From Laetmonice hystrix (Eukaryota): a DNA stretch of 64,000 bases. The notes beneath the pieces were generated by a model. The model saw nothing but the letters and a program-made list of their open reading frames with translations, had not been told where the DNA came from and did no database searches. Numbering within the stretch: position 1 is the first letter of the stretch; every line of letters begins with the position of its first letter. Shown one piece after another: positions 26,286 to 39,370 of the stretch. A program made the translations under genes and the position numbers. The stretch covers positions 3,410,001-3,474,000 of the forward strand of contig OZ249442.1 of NCBI GenBank assembly GCA_965235115.1, read 5' to 3'.

Positions 26286-29200
26286 CGAGTAGTGAGTGAA
26301 TAAATTCAGTGACGATTTGATTCCACAAATCACCTTTCATAATGACATCAACTGATCAGAGAATCAATTCCCAAGCCCACGAGGTTCCTAATTGCCTTCA
26401 CAATAGTATTAATTGCATCAACAACATCTATTTCAATCTATATTACGTACCAGAGACTGCTACTCCATCAGTTATAGTTTGTATGATTCCATAGAAACGA
26501 TCAGACATTCCCTACCACCATACAATGCCGACAGGCAAGCGTTGGTCTTCCTAACAAATTAACAATCAACATTTAACCTCCTTATTTAATCTCGTTCAAT
26601 GAGTCCCCCTTAAATATAACCAGGCTAAGAGACAGCGCTCATTTCAACATGTCTGTGCGGTGTCGGCTTTAAATGCGTTCATTCTATAAATTGATGATCA
26701 GAAAATGGAAAATGGAAATAGAGAATAAGGAAAGGTTTGATAGTTTCGATGTCAGTGTGATTCTAACCGGCTGGGACATACCAAAACCGAGTTAAAGTTC
26801 CTTTATTCATTAAAAGGTCTAATCCAGGACTAATTGAGAGAATTCTCAGATTTCTATCCCTCAATGACAAGTTACGGGGACGCCGACACTCATGTAGACC
26901 TATCACCTGTTATAGGTCTATCTGTTACTGTGTTAGACCCCATACAACTGCTCGCTTGATCAATCTAATACATTCATTTATACAATCGACTTGTTTCCTA
27001 ACTCGTCTATTCTTAGGCTGATGTCAAAGGATAAATTATATTCCTGACAATGTCCACCTTCCCAATCAGCTGTCAGTCTGTTACATTGCTGCCTACCCCA
27101 TACATGACGGTCAGGGTGAACAAGTTGAGTGTCAGTTACCATCAGTACGACAGAGGACGGCTCCCGGCTATCAATGACAATCTTCCTGGGGGTATTAATA
27201 CGTCTCCTTCCCAATAGGTGTCTCTCAGGACCGGCAGACTCGACTGTACAACTTGTACACGTATTAGCGTCAGATTACCTGCGGGGGTTGTAAACTAGGC
27301 AAGCCACTCAGCCTGGCTATTCTCCGCCACTGATAACTGTAAACAATTCATTGACACCTTTCAAATATTTCTAAGTCGCCTGAATTATCAGTTTTAAATA
27401 GCGGCACAGACCTGCTTTTACCACTGTTTATTTATATCGACACACAAGAAAGAATCTGCTAACAGTTTTTAAATGTGTCTGTATAGTACTGCAGGCATTT
27501 TGATCAGGAACCATTTACCCATAACAGGTTAAGTTGTGCTCAGGTACCGTTAATTTTTATTGGTTTGGTTCTTCATAACAGGCTAATAAAGAGCTATAAA
27601 ATCTGTACTACAACATGACCGTTATCTATAATGTAGAAAAAGGCGGGCTGTTATCTCAGACAGGTACCGATGACGTGCCAAATGAATGATATTTACGGCC
27701 TGAGATAAATGACACTAAACAACCACCGGCCAGTATGGCCGTCCACCATGCCAACAACAAAATCTCTGATCAAATCAACTGGCCATTAGGTTCAAATTCA
27801 TGATTTGATTTATAATATAGGTGGCATGTTATACGTTCAGGTATACAGACATAACAAAGATCAACTCATGGAACTCCTTGACTTCACCATGATGTTACAA
27901 TACCAGAAGGACACTTCCCAAGACTTATTGTCACGTTTGTTACTTAATGGCGGAACACTTCGGTGTTGGAATCATACATTCTGCCTACAGACTGCCCAAA
28001 CATTTCACCCACACATTACTTCAAACTTAGATCTCTGGCAAATGTCACGGCCACCTGCTCCCTGGCCAATGTCACGGCCATGGGATGTCTAGCAGAAGTC
28101 GCGCCCATCTGTACCACACTCAGGGATGATACTGGATAGCATTCCTAAGGGGGTGATTGAACTCATCATTAATCTAACATGATTCAGTTGGTCTGACAAT
28201 GAACTCTACCAGTACCACTCTCTGATGCCAATGACCTTCACAAAAAAGACTGATTACTCATAAACAAATAAACATAAAAACATCCTGCCATTACCCTTTG
28301 CGGTTCATTCCAATTTTTCGGAGAAAATACTGGCAGTTTTATGGATCCGTAGTAATAGCCTTTCATATTACTCATATGTCCAGCCTATCAGCGCTGTGAC
28401 AAGTACAGAATTCGGGCGCAGGTGGGAATGCAGCATTCTAGATGTGGAAATATGGAATTTACATGAAAGTAATCTGATGCATTACACACACAGGCTATTA
28501 CATACAGTAGCTGGAATAATAGGCCATAAGCCTAGGAGCTAGATCTATAAAAAGAAGGTCTGTTTTTGATGATATAAATTGCAACATTTTCTTCAGGACT
28601 AACTGTCGTTACTAAAATGTTTTTGAGATTCATTCATTCTTTCATTCAGTGTTCACGTGACTTCAACCCACTTAATCACGTGACACGCTGGCACCACGGC
28701 GTAACAACAACGCTACGTCATGTGAGGCGACACTTCTATCAAATATGGATGAGAGCCACTCCAATTTAGGTATCAACCCACTAATTTCAAATGGTGTCCT
28801 AATTATACACATACATGGTTGCACATAGACGAGTGGTAGCACTCGACACAAACTACTACTGGCTTAGCGCACCGTTGGACCGGGCGTCCTGACACAGGGC
28901 ATCCATCAGCCATTCCAAATACTCTGGTGGATAAAGCTAAACTAATAACACCATCCTTCTAGTCGGTCAATAAAAGGCCAGATATTTTACGACCACGTAT
29001 GTCCATCAGAGCAGGCCACTGCATAATGTAACATACATGACAAGTCGGCTTGGATGGTTCCAGTGGGGCTACGGATCACACTGCCTGTCACTGAGGCTAG
29101 GGTTATACCACCACCACCGCCACCACCCTGCACAGGCAACAGAACTGTACACTAACAGGTGGTATTTTGTTCTTTCTTTCCTATTTACGCTATCTCTGAA

Positions 29201-31474
29201 ACACAAACAAAAAATCAGCCACACAAGAAATTTATCACCTTTTAAGCAAGCCTTCCTGAAGCAGTGGCACGTCAGACAGAAACCAACAAAGACTATGTCT
29301 GTTCTATCACACTCTCGAGGTCAGTGGTGCTGACGGCCATTCTCAACCACAGGCCAACATGACTTGCTTCCTCACATTGCTGGCCTCGATCAACACGAAC
29401 CCCACGGGCCAGGGCTTCTTCTAACACACTTCGTTGGTCAAGTCTAACCCATAGACCACCGGGGACTTCTCCATCACACTTCAGGCACCTACGGGTCACA
29501 TTGACTGTTTATGACTCGTATCAACGGGTAGGACCGGAGGACAGAAGAGAGACGCTTACAATTATTCGAAATTCACACACATATTTCAACGATAGGCTGC
29601 CTTGTCAGCCAGACACGTCGACAGGCACCATAAATATTACATAGCCTAGAGTAAAGAAAAGCGTTTTCACTTCATGAAAAACACTGTCACTGAGATACTT
29701 GAAAACAAAATCTGGTTGGACAGTTTGTAATAACCCGGTACGTGAGAAGAAATCGTACAGAAGTGTCGAGGTATTTCAGAGTAATGCCATCGTTCTGTCG
29801 TTACTGACACCACCTAAATAAGGGTATGTCAGAGATTATGCCATCAGCAACCTACTGTCACACTGGGCTCGCGTTGCCATGGTTACATGCAGCATGTTGC
29901 TATGGTGATGTAAACAAATGTGAAGACGATGATCGGTGCTTGACAACGCATGCATTTTTCTCAAGTCCACGGGCCGCAAATGAAATGCACGATTTTTTCC
30001 AGTTTTTTTTTAACCTTAATCACACAATTGCCTCATGTGTCTCTGTTGTCACTCCCTGATTCCCGACTGAATCAACTCGTCTTGAACATTGGAAAAATGA
30101 CTCCTGTATGTGCGAGAGGTGAAAACCATTCACAATTCCTGATATATCTCTCATGATATAGATAAAAGTTGTTTGATTTGGTATTACCAGTGATTGTCAC
30201 GGTTGTACCAGCTGCTTCCTCGCCTCATTCGACACCAAACATTTATCAAATGACCGCTATGCCCATCCACCCAGGACAACGCGATGGTAGGTCTCCATGG
30301 AAACCTAATGTTCACACGTCCCACCAAACGGCCGGATATTTGCGGACATCTTCCCAGGCGAGTCATTAGTTTGTTGTCAATGGAGCATGATTGGTTGTCA
30401 GCAATAACGGGATAAGATTAGGTGTCTTCGACATTATTCCAATGCCATATTATTTAGAAATTTAAAAGTAAAGGTTAAATAGGCCTTGTTGAGTCATACC
30501 AGGGAATTATGATCTGAAACAGTTTAACTTTCACCTCATTGAAGCCAGTAAAGTTCGACACGTGACCAATCCGGTACCGTACCGTACCATGCCGTATCGT
30601 GCCGTACCGTATCGTGCCATATGCACACACTGATCTAATAAAGGAGGTAGATTCACACAAATCGTACGTCCTAATCCATAAAATCGAATCGTTTGTGTAG
30701 TTTGTCTATAAGTACCACAATCATCCCACAAAGAATAAGCTACGTATAAACAGTATATAAATGCACATAACCGCATGCCTTGGCGATCCCCAATATACTG
30801 TATATTCTTGAGGACTGATATCCGCAAAATCGCCATTCAACTACACAAACACAAGAAAAACATTAAAATACCCGGAAAAAAAACACAAAACGTTGTGACT
30901 GGTCTGATGAAAGCCAGGTCGGGTGTGACCGATGAGTACGCTGGCAGCGCAGGACAAGTCCAGCGGAACTTCTGACTTCTATCCTGTAAGAGAATAAGCG
31001 CCAGTAGCAAACAATAAACGTGATGTAGACTGACACAATGTATGGAGAAACTGATTGGCACAGACGATGGGCGCCTGCATGAGTCGATCAAAAGGTGGCA
31101 CCACTAGTACACCAAGGTTACGTGTATGCATGGATGTATGGGGGCAGGATATTGCAAAGACACCCCCTTGATGGGGCACTATGAAGGTAGGGTACCTAGG
31201 GCGAACCGTCCAGAAAGACTGTCTGGCTATGAACTCTAAAACAACAACAAAAAACTTGATGGCTGGTAAGCCAAACTGGCTAGACAAGGCTAGGAATTGG
31301 GCGGGAATATGTACTGCCCGGACTCGGACATTGAATACAAGGACATACAGTAAGATACAGAACTAACATAGCAGCGACTTAATTATGACTGACTCTGCCA
31401 ACGGTTAGGTCTGGTCTGGTGACAGGATTGGACGGCTGGCTGTATGGGCAAGATGACCAAATCTATGGGAGAAA

Positions 31475-32015
31475 ACTGCCTGTATACGGGGCGGCTCACC
31501 AAATGGTACAGAATATTGGTAGACTATAAGACTGCCTGTATACGGGGCGGCTCACCAAATGGTACAGAATATTGGTAGACTATAAGACTGCCTGTATACG
31601 GGGCGGCTCACCAAATGGTACAGAATATTGGTAGACTATAAGACTGCCTGTATACGGGGCGGCTCACTAAATGGTACAGAATATTGGTAGACGATAAGAC
31701 TGCCTGTATACGGGGCGGCTCACCAAATGGTACAGAATATTGGTAGACTATAAGACTGCCTGTATACGGGGCGGTTCACCAAATGGTACAGAATATTGGT
31801 AGACTATAAGACTGCCTGTATACGGGGCGGCTCACCAAATGGTACAGAATATTGGTAGACTATAAGACTGCCTGTATACGGGGCGGCTCACCAAATGGTA
31901 CAGAATATTGGTAGACTATAAGACTGCCTGTATACGGGGCGGCTCACCAAATGGGACGGAATATTGGTAGACTATAAGACTGACTGGACGGGACAGCTGA
32001 CCAAATGGGACGGAA
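31475..32015. repeat. 56-bp minisatellite, about 9.5 copies
   Basis: Unit gactgcctgtatacggggcggctcaccaaatggtacagaatattggtagactataa; period 56. Confidence 0.97.
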
Positions 32016-35000
32016 TTTTCGGCGACGAAAGGTTCACTTCAAAAGTTTACGGGGCGGCTCGGTAACTGATTACAAGTTAGCAGACAAAACAGCGGGATCG
32101 GACACCATATAACCTCCAGGCAGTTGACTAAATGGTGCAGCTGACACGACAAATACCTGACGGATCATAGCGGGCTGACAGGATGACACAAATGACGGGG
32201 TGAGACGACAGACAACAGATCTGATGGGACAATTGTGAGACCGTTGTGTTCGGGAAAGTTAAAGAACATCTTGTCTCTACTAGTGGTCTACTGACACGAG
32301 AACAAAATGAGAACAGGAACTTCAAGAATACATGATGGCCATTTTGAGTAAACCCAAAATTTGTCGGAAGAAAGATACATGCTTTTATCCTAAACTTTTG
32401 AGAAATTATCCCATGACAGGTCGAGAGTCGTCGCCATGGCGACAACCAGGATGACCTGGAAGGGTCTGCCCATGATGGAAGATGACCAATGGTCAAACCA
32501 GTTGTATGGCCCTGTTACTGTCCTTCAGACATTCAATGGCAAATAACAAAAAGTGGTGTCCGCCATGGCATAATGACATAGTGGTGGGTATCCGCCCTGA
32601 CCGCATCTGGCCAGCCCCTCCCCCAAGGCCCTACCCCACCCCAGCCCTTTAGCCAGATCTGGTTAGCATCAGAGGGGTAGGGGCAAGGGGTGAAGTCCCC
32701 CCTTGACCCCCACCGACCCCAGGGTGAATCTGGCATCACCTGACTTGGCACATGCATCATCGGGACCAATATGGTGTGACAACCCCACCCCACCCCCTCC
32801 GCCACCCCTGTGAGAAACGGATGCACCGGCCCTTCAACCGTCCCGACATACATCATTCTTCGTTATGCAAACCCGCACAGTCCACCCTAGCCTCCCGTAA
32901 CTTTGAAACAAAACTTTTTCTCCCGTCTCACGGAGAGAGCACGGATTCTGAGTGGATATGACAAGATCAATGTACACAGGAAAGATGTATTTTTACCCAT
33001 GCTTGTGGGAACGTGACACTGCGACTGTATCCAGGACTCAGGGCCCGTGGGTGGGGTCAGTCGGCACAGCCTGCCTATCAGTTATGTTAAACTGTGGAGA
33101 GAAAATGATAAATGACATCCATCAATCACAGTGACAACCCTTTGAACTTCCACAAAGGCTGAGTCATCTGCCTAACCATGCTATGGCTGCCGCAGAATCT
33201 TACCCCATGCAAACTTCTCCCCCTCCACTCATGAGTTACTGTCTCATACGAGACAGGGCGGAGAAAAAAGATTGTGATGGACTTTGGAAGCTTCTACAGC
33301 GCGAGTGTTGTGAGTGACAGATTGTGTCTGGCTGGAGAAGTGATCTAAACATGTCAGTCACCCTGGTGAGGTCGGGACGTTCTGAAGCTGGCGGCAGTTG
33401 CGTATCAAGCCATAAGTTACCCGTGTGCCTTCAGCATAGGCATAAGTCAGGCGGTATCCATCATCGGCCGGGGCCAGCTCCAGGGGTCGGGTCAGGCTGC
33501 CAAAAGCCTGGGCTGAGACGATGAGGAGCCGCATCATCTGAAGGTTATCAATCACATCAGACTGCCAACACTTCACCTCCAATCTTCCCACCCTCAACTG
33601 TCCCACTATCTTCATCCTCCTCCGCAGAGAGCGAGAAAAAAACAGCCATGACTGCCCCAAGCCAGAGACCGGAGCAGGGACCCGAGCCTCCTCCGTCCCG
33701 GTCAAGTCACGCCTTCCCGCGCTCTGCCCCCTTTGTGTGGCATTCCTCCACCGTGGTCCCGATTTGCGTGTTCGGTGTGACCAGGTCAAGGTTGAAGTAA
33801 ATTAGCTCAACACGATAAACAGCGAAACAGCAATTGGGCAGGGAATAATTCATACTGACATTTGCACAAAGGTGCGGGTTGGTCAGCTGTGGCCTCATGC
33901 CATTCACGCCATCCCTACCTGGAGAGTGGCTAGCCCCCACCAACCACTCTTAGCCTGACCTTACCCCTTTACACCCCCTACCCCTCCACACCCCACTCCG
34001 GCCGTCCCGTCTCCACCTAACCTCGAACAACGCGAGTTAACCAAGTGTTTTATGACCTAGCTACTGCCATTCAATTATACGCATTGTCATGTAACCTGAA
34101 ACTCTGGGATTATTGAAAATAATTGTAGACATTCGCCACTCAGTTGGCCAGCAGTGCTGGGAAAGGACTTAGTAGGCTTGATGTCACTGGCCACTTTATA
34201 ATTGATAGGGCGCGACTTGGCGTTTTTCTCAACGACAAAGGTACTTTCATCCCGTATTCTTTGTGATCAATGTAAAGCCACTGTTTGAAGTCCCTTGTCT
34301 GATCTTTCAACAGTTGTCCATAATTCTTCACACACTTGAGTAGCAGGGTGTGACCAAGACGGGACGGGGCCGCCACACTTTCACTGTCCCTGACTCGCCA
34401 TTTGTGGCCTCCTTGGACCCGCAATGTCCCACAGTTGTCAAGTTGAGTAATACAAAAATCTAACATTGGGCCATGCCAATCCACTGACCTATCATGGAAT
34501 ATTAATGACATAATATGTGCTCGGTCTGCCGAGGCTCGGGAGAGGGCCCCTGAGTACACCCGCCTGGGGGTTCAGGGCGACACGGAGGTTTGCATGGGGA
34601 CGAGCAGTAGGAATCAGCACTGCGCTTCACTGGACTTGACGGCAGCCGGCCCTGCCTGGAAATGACAGCCACAGAGAGTCTTAATGTAGCCGGGCCACCA
34701 TGACAAAACCAGAGCATGCCATTCTCTGTTTACCCCATACATCGCTGCATGGCCTGATCAAGAAAAATTTGCTGACCCCACACAGCCAGAGGCTCAGTGC
34801 TTCTGACGTCCCGGCCTCTCATGTCGGTCCCGATTATCGTAACCTTCTTGCTGAATTACAGGTAATTTTCAACATAAATCAAATCTATTTTGATGCAGTC
34901 TGTTGTGAAATAACCTCACGAACTCTGAGATTTATGAACGCATATCCTATTACCATCCAACATCTGGGTATTTTCTTCGTAATTTCTTTACACATTTAGG

Positions 35001-36201
35001 CCTTATTATAATATAGCTCTTTTTCTTAATGGAAACATTCGAAAAAGGCTGCTACTGTCTGATACCGACTATATTAAGAAAAAAGGAAAGATGATAGATA
35101 AGATAAAAATAATAATCTGCATCTTGTCTGCCTTATATACTTTTGCATTCTTTCTTAATAATTGGTGGACACTTCGATACTACCCCCTTCTAGAAGAAAT
35201 AACAAAATAAAGTTTTCGTTTAGGGCTATTACAAGTACAACAAATAGATCAGCTACACAGAAATACAGATCAACATACAATTGACACAAGGCCCAGAGAT
35301 GTAAACGATAACAGTAGGCCTATATGCAGGTCACCACTTCCAGAAAACTGCTTATTAAGTATTATTTATGTGCCAGGAAAGTGACAACTATGAAAAATAA
35401 ATGATATTATTTGTGAATCCAGCGCCTGATAACACGAACAATCAATCACCCCACAATTAGCATCTCTCATTATACACATAATGAAATCTATTCAGTCGTG
35501 GGCCTACTTTTGAATGTTTCCATATTTCACATTTAGAAGCCCCACATATATACTAGTCGCTCTATGCAAAATAATTGTTTATGAGTCAAAAGTGCAACGC
35601 AGATCGGCGCTTGGTCGGTTGTCAATCTACGGCGCTTTTCATTTGCGCCGAGCTGAGCGCCAATATATCTTGAGAGCTGTCACGGGCAAGTCCGACGTCT
35701 TTGTTTGCACTGTTGAACAAATACCGGTGGAATAAAGGGGCGGCCGTGATGGATGGAAAACGGAGATTGATCATTAAGCCCTACAAAGACCGACTGACAC
35801 ATGATTGACAACTGGCCGTGAAAGGCTTGATTGATGTTTTTCATCCTAGCGCGGCAGCAGCTGCGCTAGCTAGCGGCCTGCACCACCAGTGCACACCGAT
35901 CCACCCCAACCTCCTACTAACGCCATCTTTCTGCTGTTGGCGTCTTGCAGCAGCAGCCGCAGCCTCCACAGCGGCTCCACTCATCAAGAGGTTCACGAGT
36001 GTCCTCACATTGCCACATCCCCGCCACCCTCTTTGCTCTTCCCTGGGACAACCTGCAAATTGGCCTGACGTAAACAATCAACACTCACTGCCGCGGGCAT
36101 CCAGCGTGCTGCTGATGCTGCAGCAGCAGCAGCAGCAGTCCACGGGACATGTCAAACGCTTGTTTTGGCCTGTAATCCGAAAGATGGAAGTGTTTACTCA
36201 C

Positions 36202-36241
36202 ATTTCATTCGCTTCGGACGAATCTGTTTCCTTCGAGGCAT
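36202..36241 (-). CDS. TSHZ: First coding exon (40 nt) of an RRKQxxP-motif zinc-finger regulator, probably teashirt/tiptop family
   Basis: Minus strand ATG CCT CGA AGG AAA CAG ATT CGT CCG AAG CGA ATG AAA T|GTGAGT = MPRRKQIRPKRMK plus 1 nt, then a consensus donor. MPRRKQ and a 13-codon+1-nt first exon match remembered teashirt-family architecture. FOG/ZNF423/ZNF827-type genes are alternatives. Confidence 0.65.
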
Positions 36242-36369
36242 CGCTCTGTACTTCTCAGCCACACTGTATTTAAATTTAGTGTGGCAAATGTCAGGAAAAC
36301 TGTTGCTGGGCAAGTCAATCGCCGACAAATCGGCAAGCCGTGACGATCCGAATGAACCTCCTAAATAAA

Positions 36370-36416
36370 CCGGAAACGTGACGTCACAGACAGGTGGCTT
36401 CTCTCGAGCATGCGCG
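36370..36416. promoter_or_regulatory. Probable promoter of the minus-strand TSHZ-like gene
   Basis: ETS-type CCGGAA (36370), CRE TGACGTCA (36379-36386) and NRF1-like GCATGCGC (36408-36415), 130-175 bp upstream of the ATG. Confidence 0.55.
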
Positions 36417-38402
36417 ATAATGGCACGATCCAGCTTCCGCGTTCAGCCATCGAAGGCGATCTCAGCCTCCGCAGCTGAGCCGCCCACAAATATCCAACCT
36501 TTTTGGAGTTGTATCACATATTATTACACACGTTTCAGACAATCGAAACGTTCCATCTCGCCGTACGCATGCAAACCTGCCATCGACAAGGTCCTGCACA
36601 TACAGGAGGGCGCCGTAAGTGGGCCAGGCGTAGTCCGTGGGCAGTCTGTCGGGTCAGCCCGAGCGCCGAGCACAGCAGGTCCGTGTGTTTGTTTGGGATC
36701 CGACAGCAGGCAAATCCAGATCGACCATGTGGCCTGGCCGTATTGTGGACCAGGCCGGACAACGTGGCTCACAGATTCAGCGTAAACTGCGGGAAATATC
36801 AGTGGTATCCTAACGCTGGCGTGCAGTCCGATTTGCCGTGACACGAGCGCCGCAAGCATGCGTTGTGCCAACGGTTGGTCGGCTTGCTGTTGTGAATGAT
36901 CGCCTGTGGTAGTGGGCGGGGCTTGCCGGGCCTAATTAAAAGCATCAAACCAATAGGCGCGTAGTTTTCGCCTAAGCGCTCTGATGGCATGTCCTTACGC
37001 ACATGATTTACGATGAATGAGATATGCGTCGACCAAAGGGATTTGCTCCGTGTGAACTAGGGGGTATCGCGGCAGTAACGGTCTACATTGCAGGGGTTCG
37101 CATTACCGACGGGCCGGGGTTTTTTGATAGGCCGCCGGCCGGCCGGCCGCCCCAGGCCCAGCCGGCTCTGCGCCCGGTGCTCAAAGCGAGCGAGGCCCGG
37201 GGCCGAACAGTTGGAGCGAATGAGACGTTGGTCTCACGATGTCTTGAATGGCTTAATTAATCGGACACACCGCCATCGACAAAGGCAAGGCAGCGTGTAA
37301 TTCCTCGCGACAGGTGAACACCCTGCGCTCCTTTCCCGAGTGAAGGTGTCTGTCGGTGGTAGTGTGGAAGATCTTTTTTTAGCCAGATCATGGACATGGA
37401 CTCAGATCTATAAAACCCTATGTGATAGACCCTATGTGCAGCGTTTATACGCGGGGTAACACGTCACATGTGTCCGAGAGACAAATAATTAATGGCCACA
37501 GACAAAAGGCGGTCCGATCGAAGTCCGATGCCATCAGATCGACGATTATGTCATATACCATCATTTATCCCGCCTATTATATAAGCCCTCGGATAGTGTA
37601 ATTAGCATAGGGCTAGTGTAGTTGTACTCGATCGTCCCTGGATCCGTTCCTGTACCATATTAAAGTAAAAGTTCTAGGCCTACATTATCCATGGAATAAA
37701 ACTTCGTAGGCCTATCAAGTATGAATCATTTCCCACTGCCTTCATATCAAAGCCGCGAGGGAAAATTTCCCAAGACAATCCGCTGGGTCTGGTTCAGTCT
37801 CCTGTCTCCCGGTCAGACCAGTGGCATGAAGACAAAGTCCTGCCGCGTGGGGCAAGGTGGCAGTAGTGGCGACATCTAGTGGGATTAAGGACACCACTCA
37901 TCATTAACGCCAGAGGGCAGCACCAAAACATACCCTCTGCCTCGTCCAAAACATACCCTCTGCCTCGTCTGAAACCCCAAATTCAAGGATCTTTCTTTTC
38001 TTCTTGTGCTCTTCCCAGTCGGCTGGGGGAGCTAAAGTTTCATCTCCTTAAAAATATCTTTCGTTATCCCTGTCAGGTTAGTAGTTTCTGTTTATTATGT
38101 TCCGTACTGACTACTGTACTGTCTGTACTGTAGTGTAGACTGTAGTCGGTGATTGTTTCGTCGGCACTGCAACAAGTGCAACTTCAACTTGCAAGTGCAA
38201 TGACAATGTACTATGCCTTTGGACTTTGCGTCGTTGCGGGTTAGTTTGATCAACACTCTGATAATGGCAATCATATTACACGGCAACAGACCGAAACAAG
38301 CAACTGTAAGAATTCAGCGCTGGGTATTCAAGCTGTTCACGCGGAGATCTCCGCAGTGTGCCGCGTGGGCTGTGGCCACGTGGTGCCTCGTTGTGTTTAC
38401 AA

Positions 38403-38450
38403 CGGAAGCTGAGTTTGAGCATGCGCGTAAAAACTGTTGATTGTTTCCGG
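38403..38450. promoter_or_regulatory. Probable promoter of the zinc-finger gene
   Basis: CGGAAG (38403), GCATGCGC (38419-38426) and TTTCCGG (38444), upstream of a candidate non-coding exon ending GCA|GTGAGT (intron 38846-39317, acceptor ttactttccctacag). Confidence 0.55.
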
Positions 38451-39370
38451 TCGATAGGCGTCAGGACCAAGTTCAGGAAAAGATGTGCTTGGGAAAATGA
38501 AACGATTTCCATGGGAATTTGCACCTTAGGCTAACATTTACAAACATAATTTTGTCGTTGGAAAAGGTAATTTGCATATGATGTTGATTCTGTGCGAATG
38601 CTTTGTGTGGAGCGGAAAATATGAGCAGGCTAGTCAGGCTGTGCCGTGTCGGTGTGTGGTGAGACTCAGTCAATGACTGACCGTGAAACTGTCGTGTGTG
38701 ACTGTGAGTGTGGCGAGGTCACTGACTGAGTCTGAGCACAGGAGTCTGACACATTGGGCGGGCGGCAGCGGTAGCTGCCACCATGTGTCAGGCTCCTGTG
38801 GTCTGATTCGTCTGAGTCTGAAGTGGCCGGAGCCTCCCTGAGGCAGTGAGTGAGCCTGAGCTGTGACTGTTACTGTTAGTATGACAGTAAACTAAAAAAA
38901 AGTGACTTTTTTGCTAGTTAAAAGTTGTGACGTTGGGAGAAGCAGTGTGCATGGCCATGGGTGTGTCTGTGACTGTCTAACACTAAAACTAACAACAGTA
39001 ACAGTAACAGTCAATAGACAGATCAACTTTAGAAGTCTAACTCCTGAGGCTGAGTGAGTGTTCATATCGTATTTGGGATAGGCATAACGCATTAACGGGG
39101 CATAACTAAGTCTAAGGCTAAAGCCTAAGCTAGGACACTCGTCACAGAACTCACAGTGGTTAAATTACCACTCCCCCCCCCCCGCACCACCATATTTTCC
39201 TTTGTTTGATAGTTTTTCTTCTGATTTTAGGAATAATTTAAAACTGACAATGTAAATAAAGTTGCCTAATAATAATCAGCAATTTGAGACCATATCTTTG
39301 TGTTACTTTCCCTACAGGAGAAGGTGCGTTTGGATTCTGTGCTGGAGGATCATAACTGGAGACGTTGACC

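Noticed and set aside
32128-34999. Several 100-140-aa ORFs as possible retroelement or gene remnants
   Set aside because: No recognisable RT, integrase, gag or other motifs, and no consistent splice chain.
39365-39370. TTG start given by the ORF track for the zinc-finger gene
   Set aside because: The in-frame accATGG at 39371 has a strong Kozak context and is the likely start.
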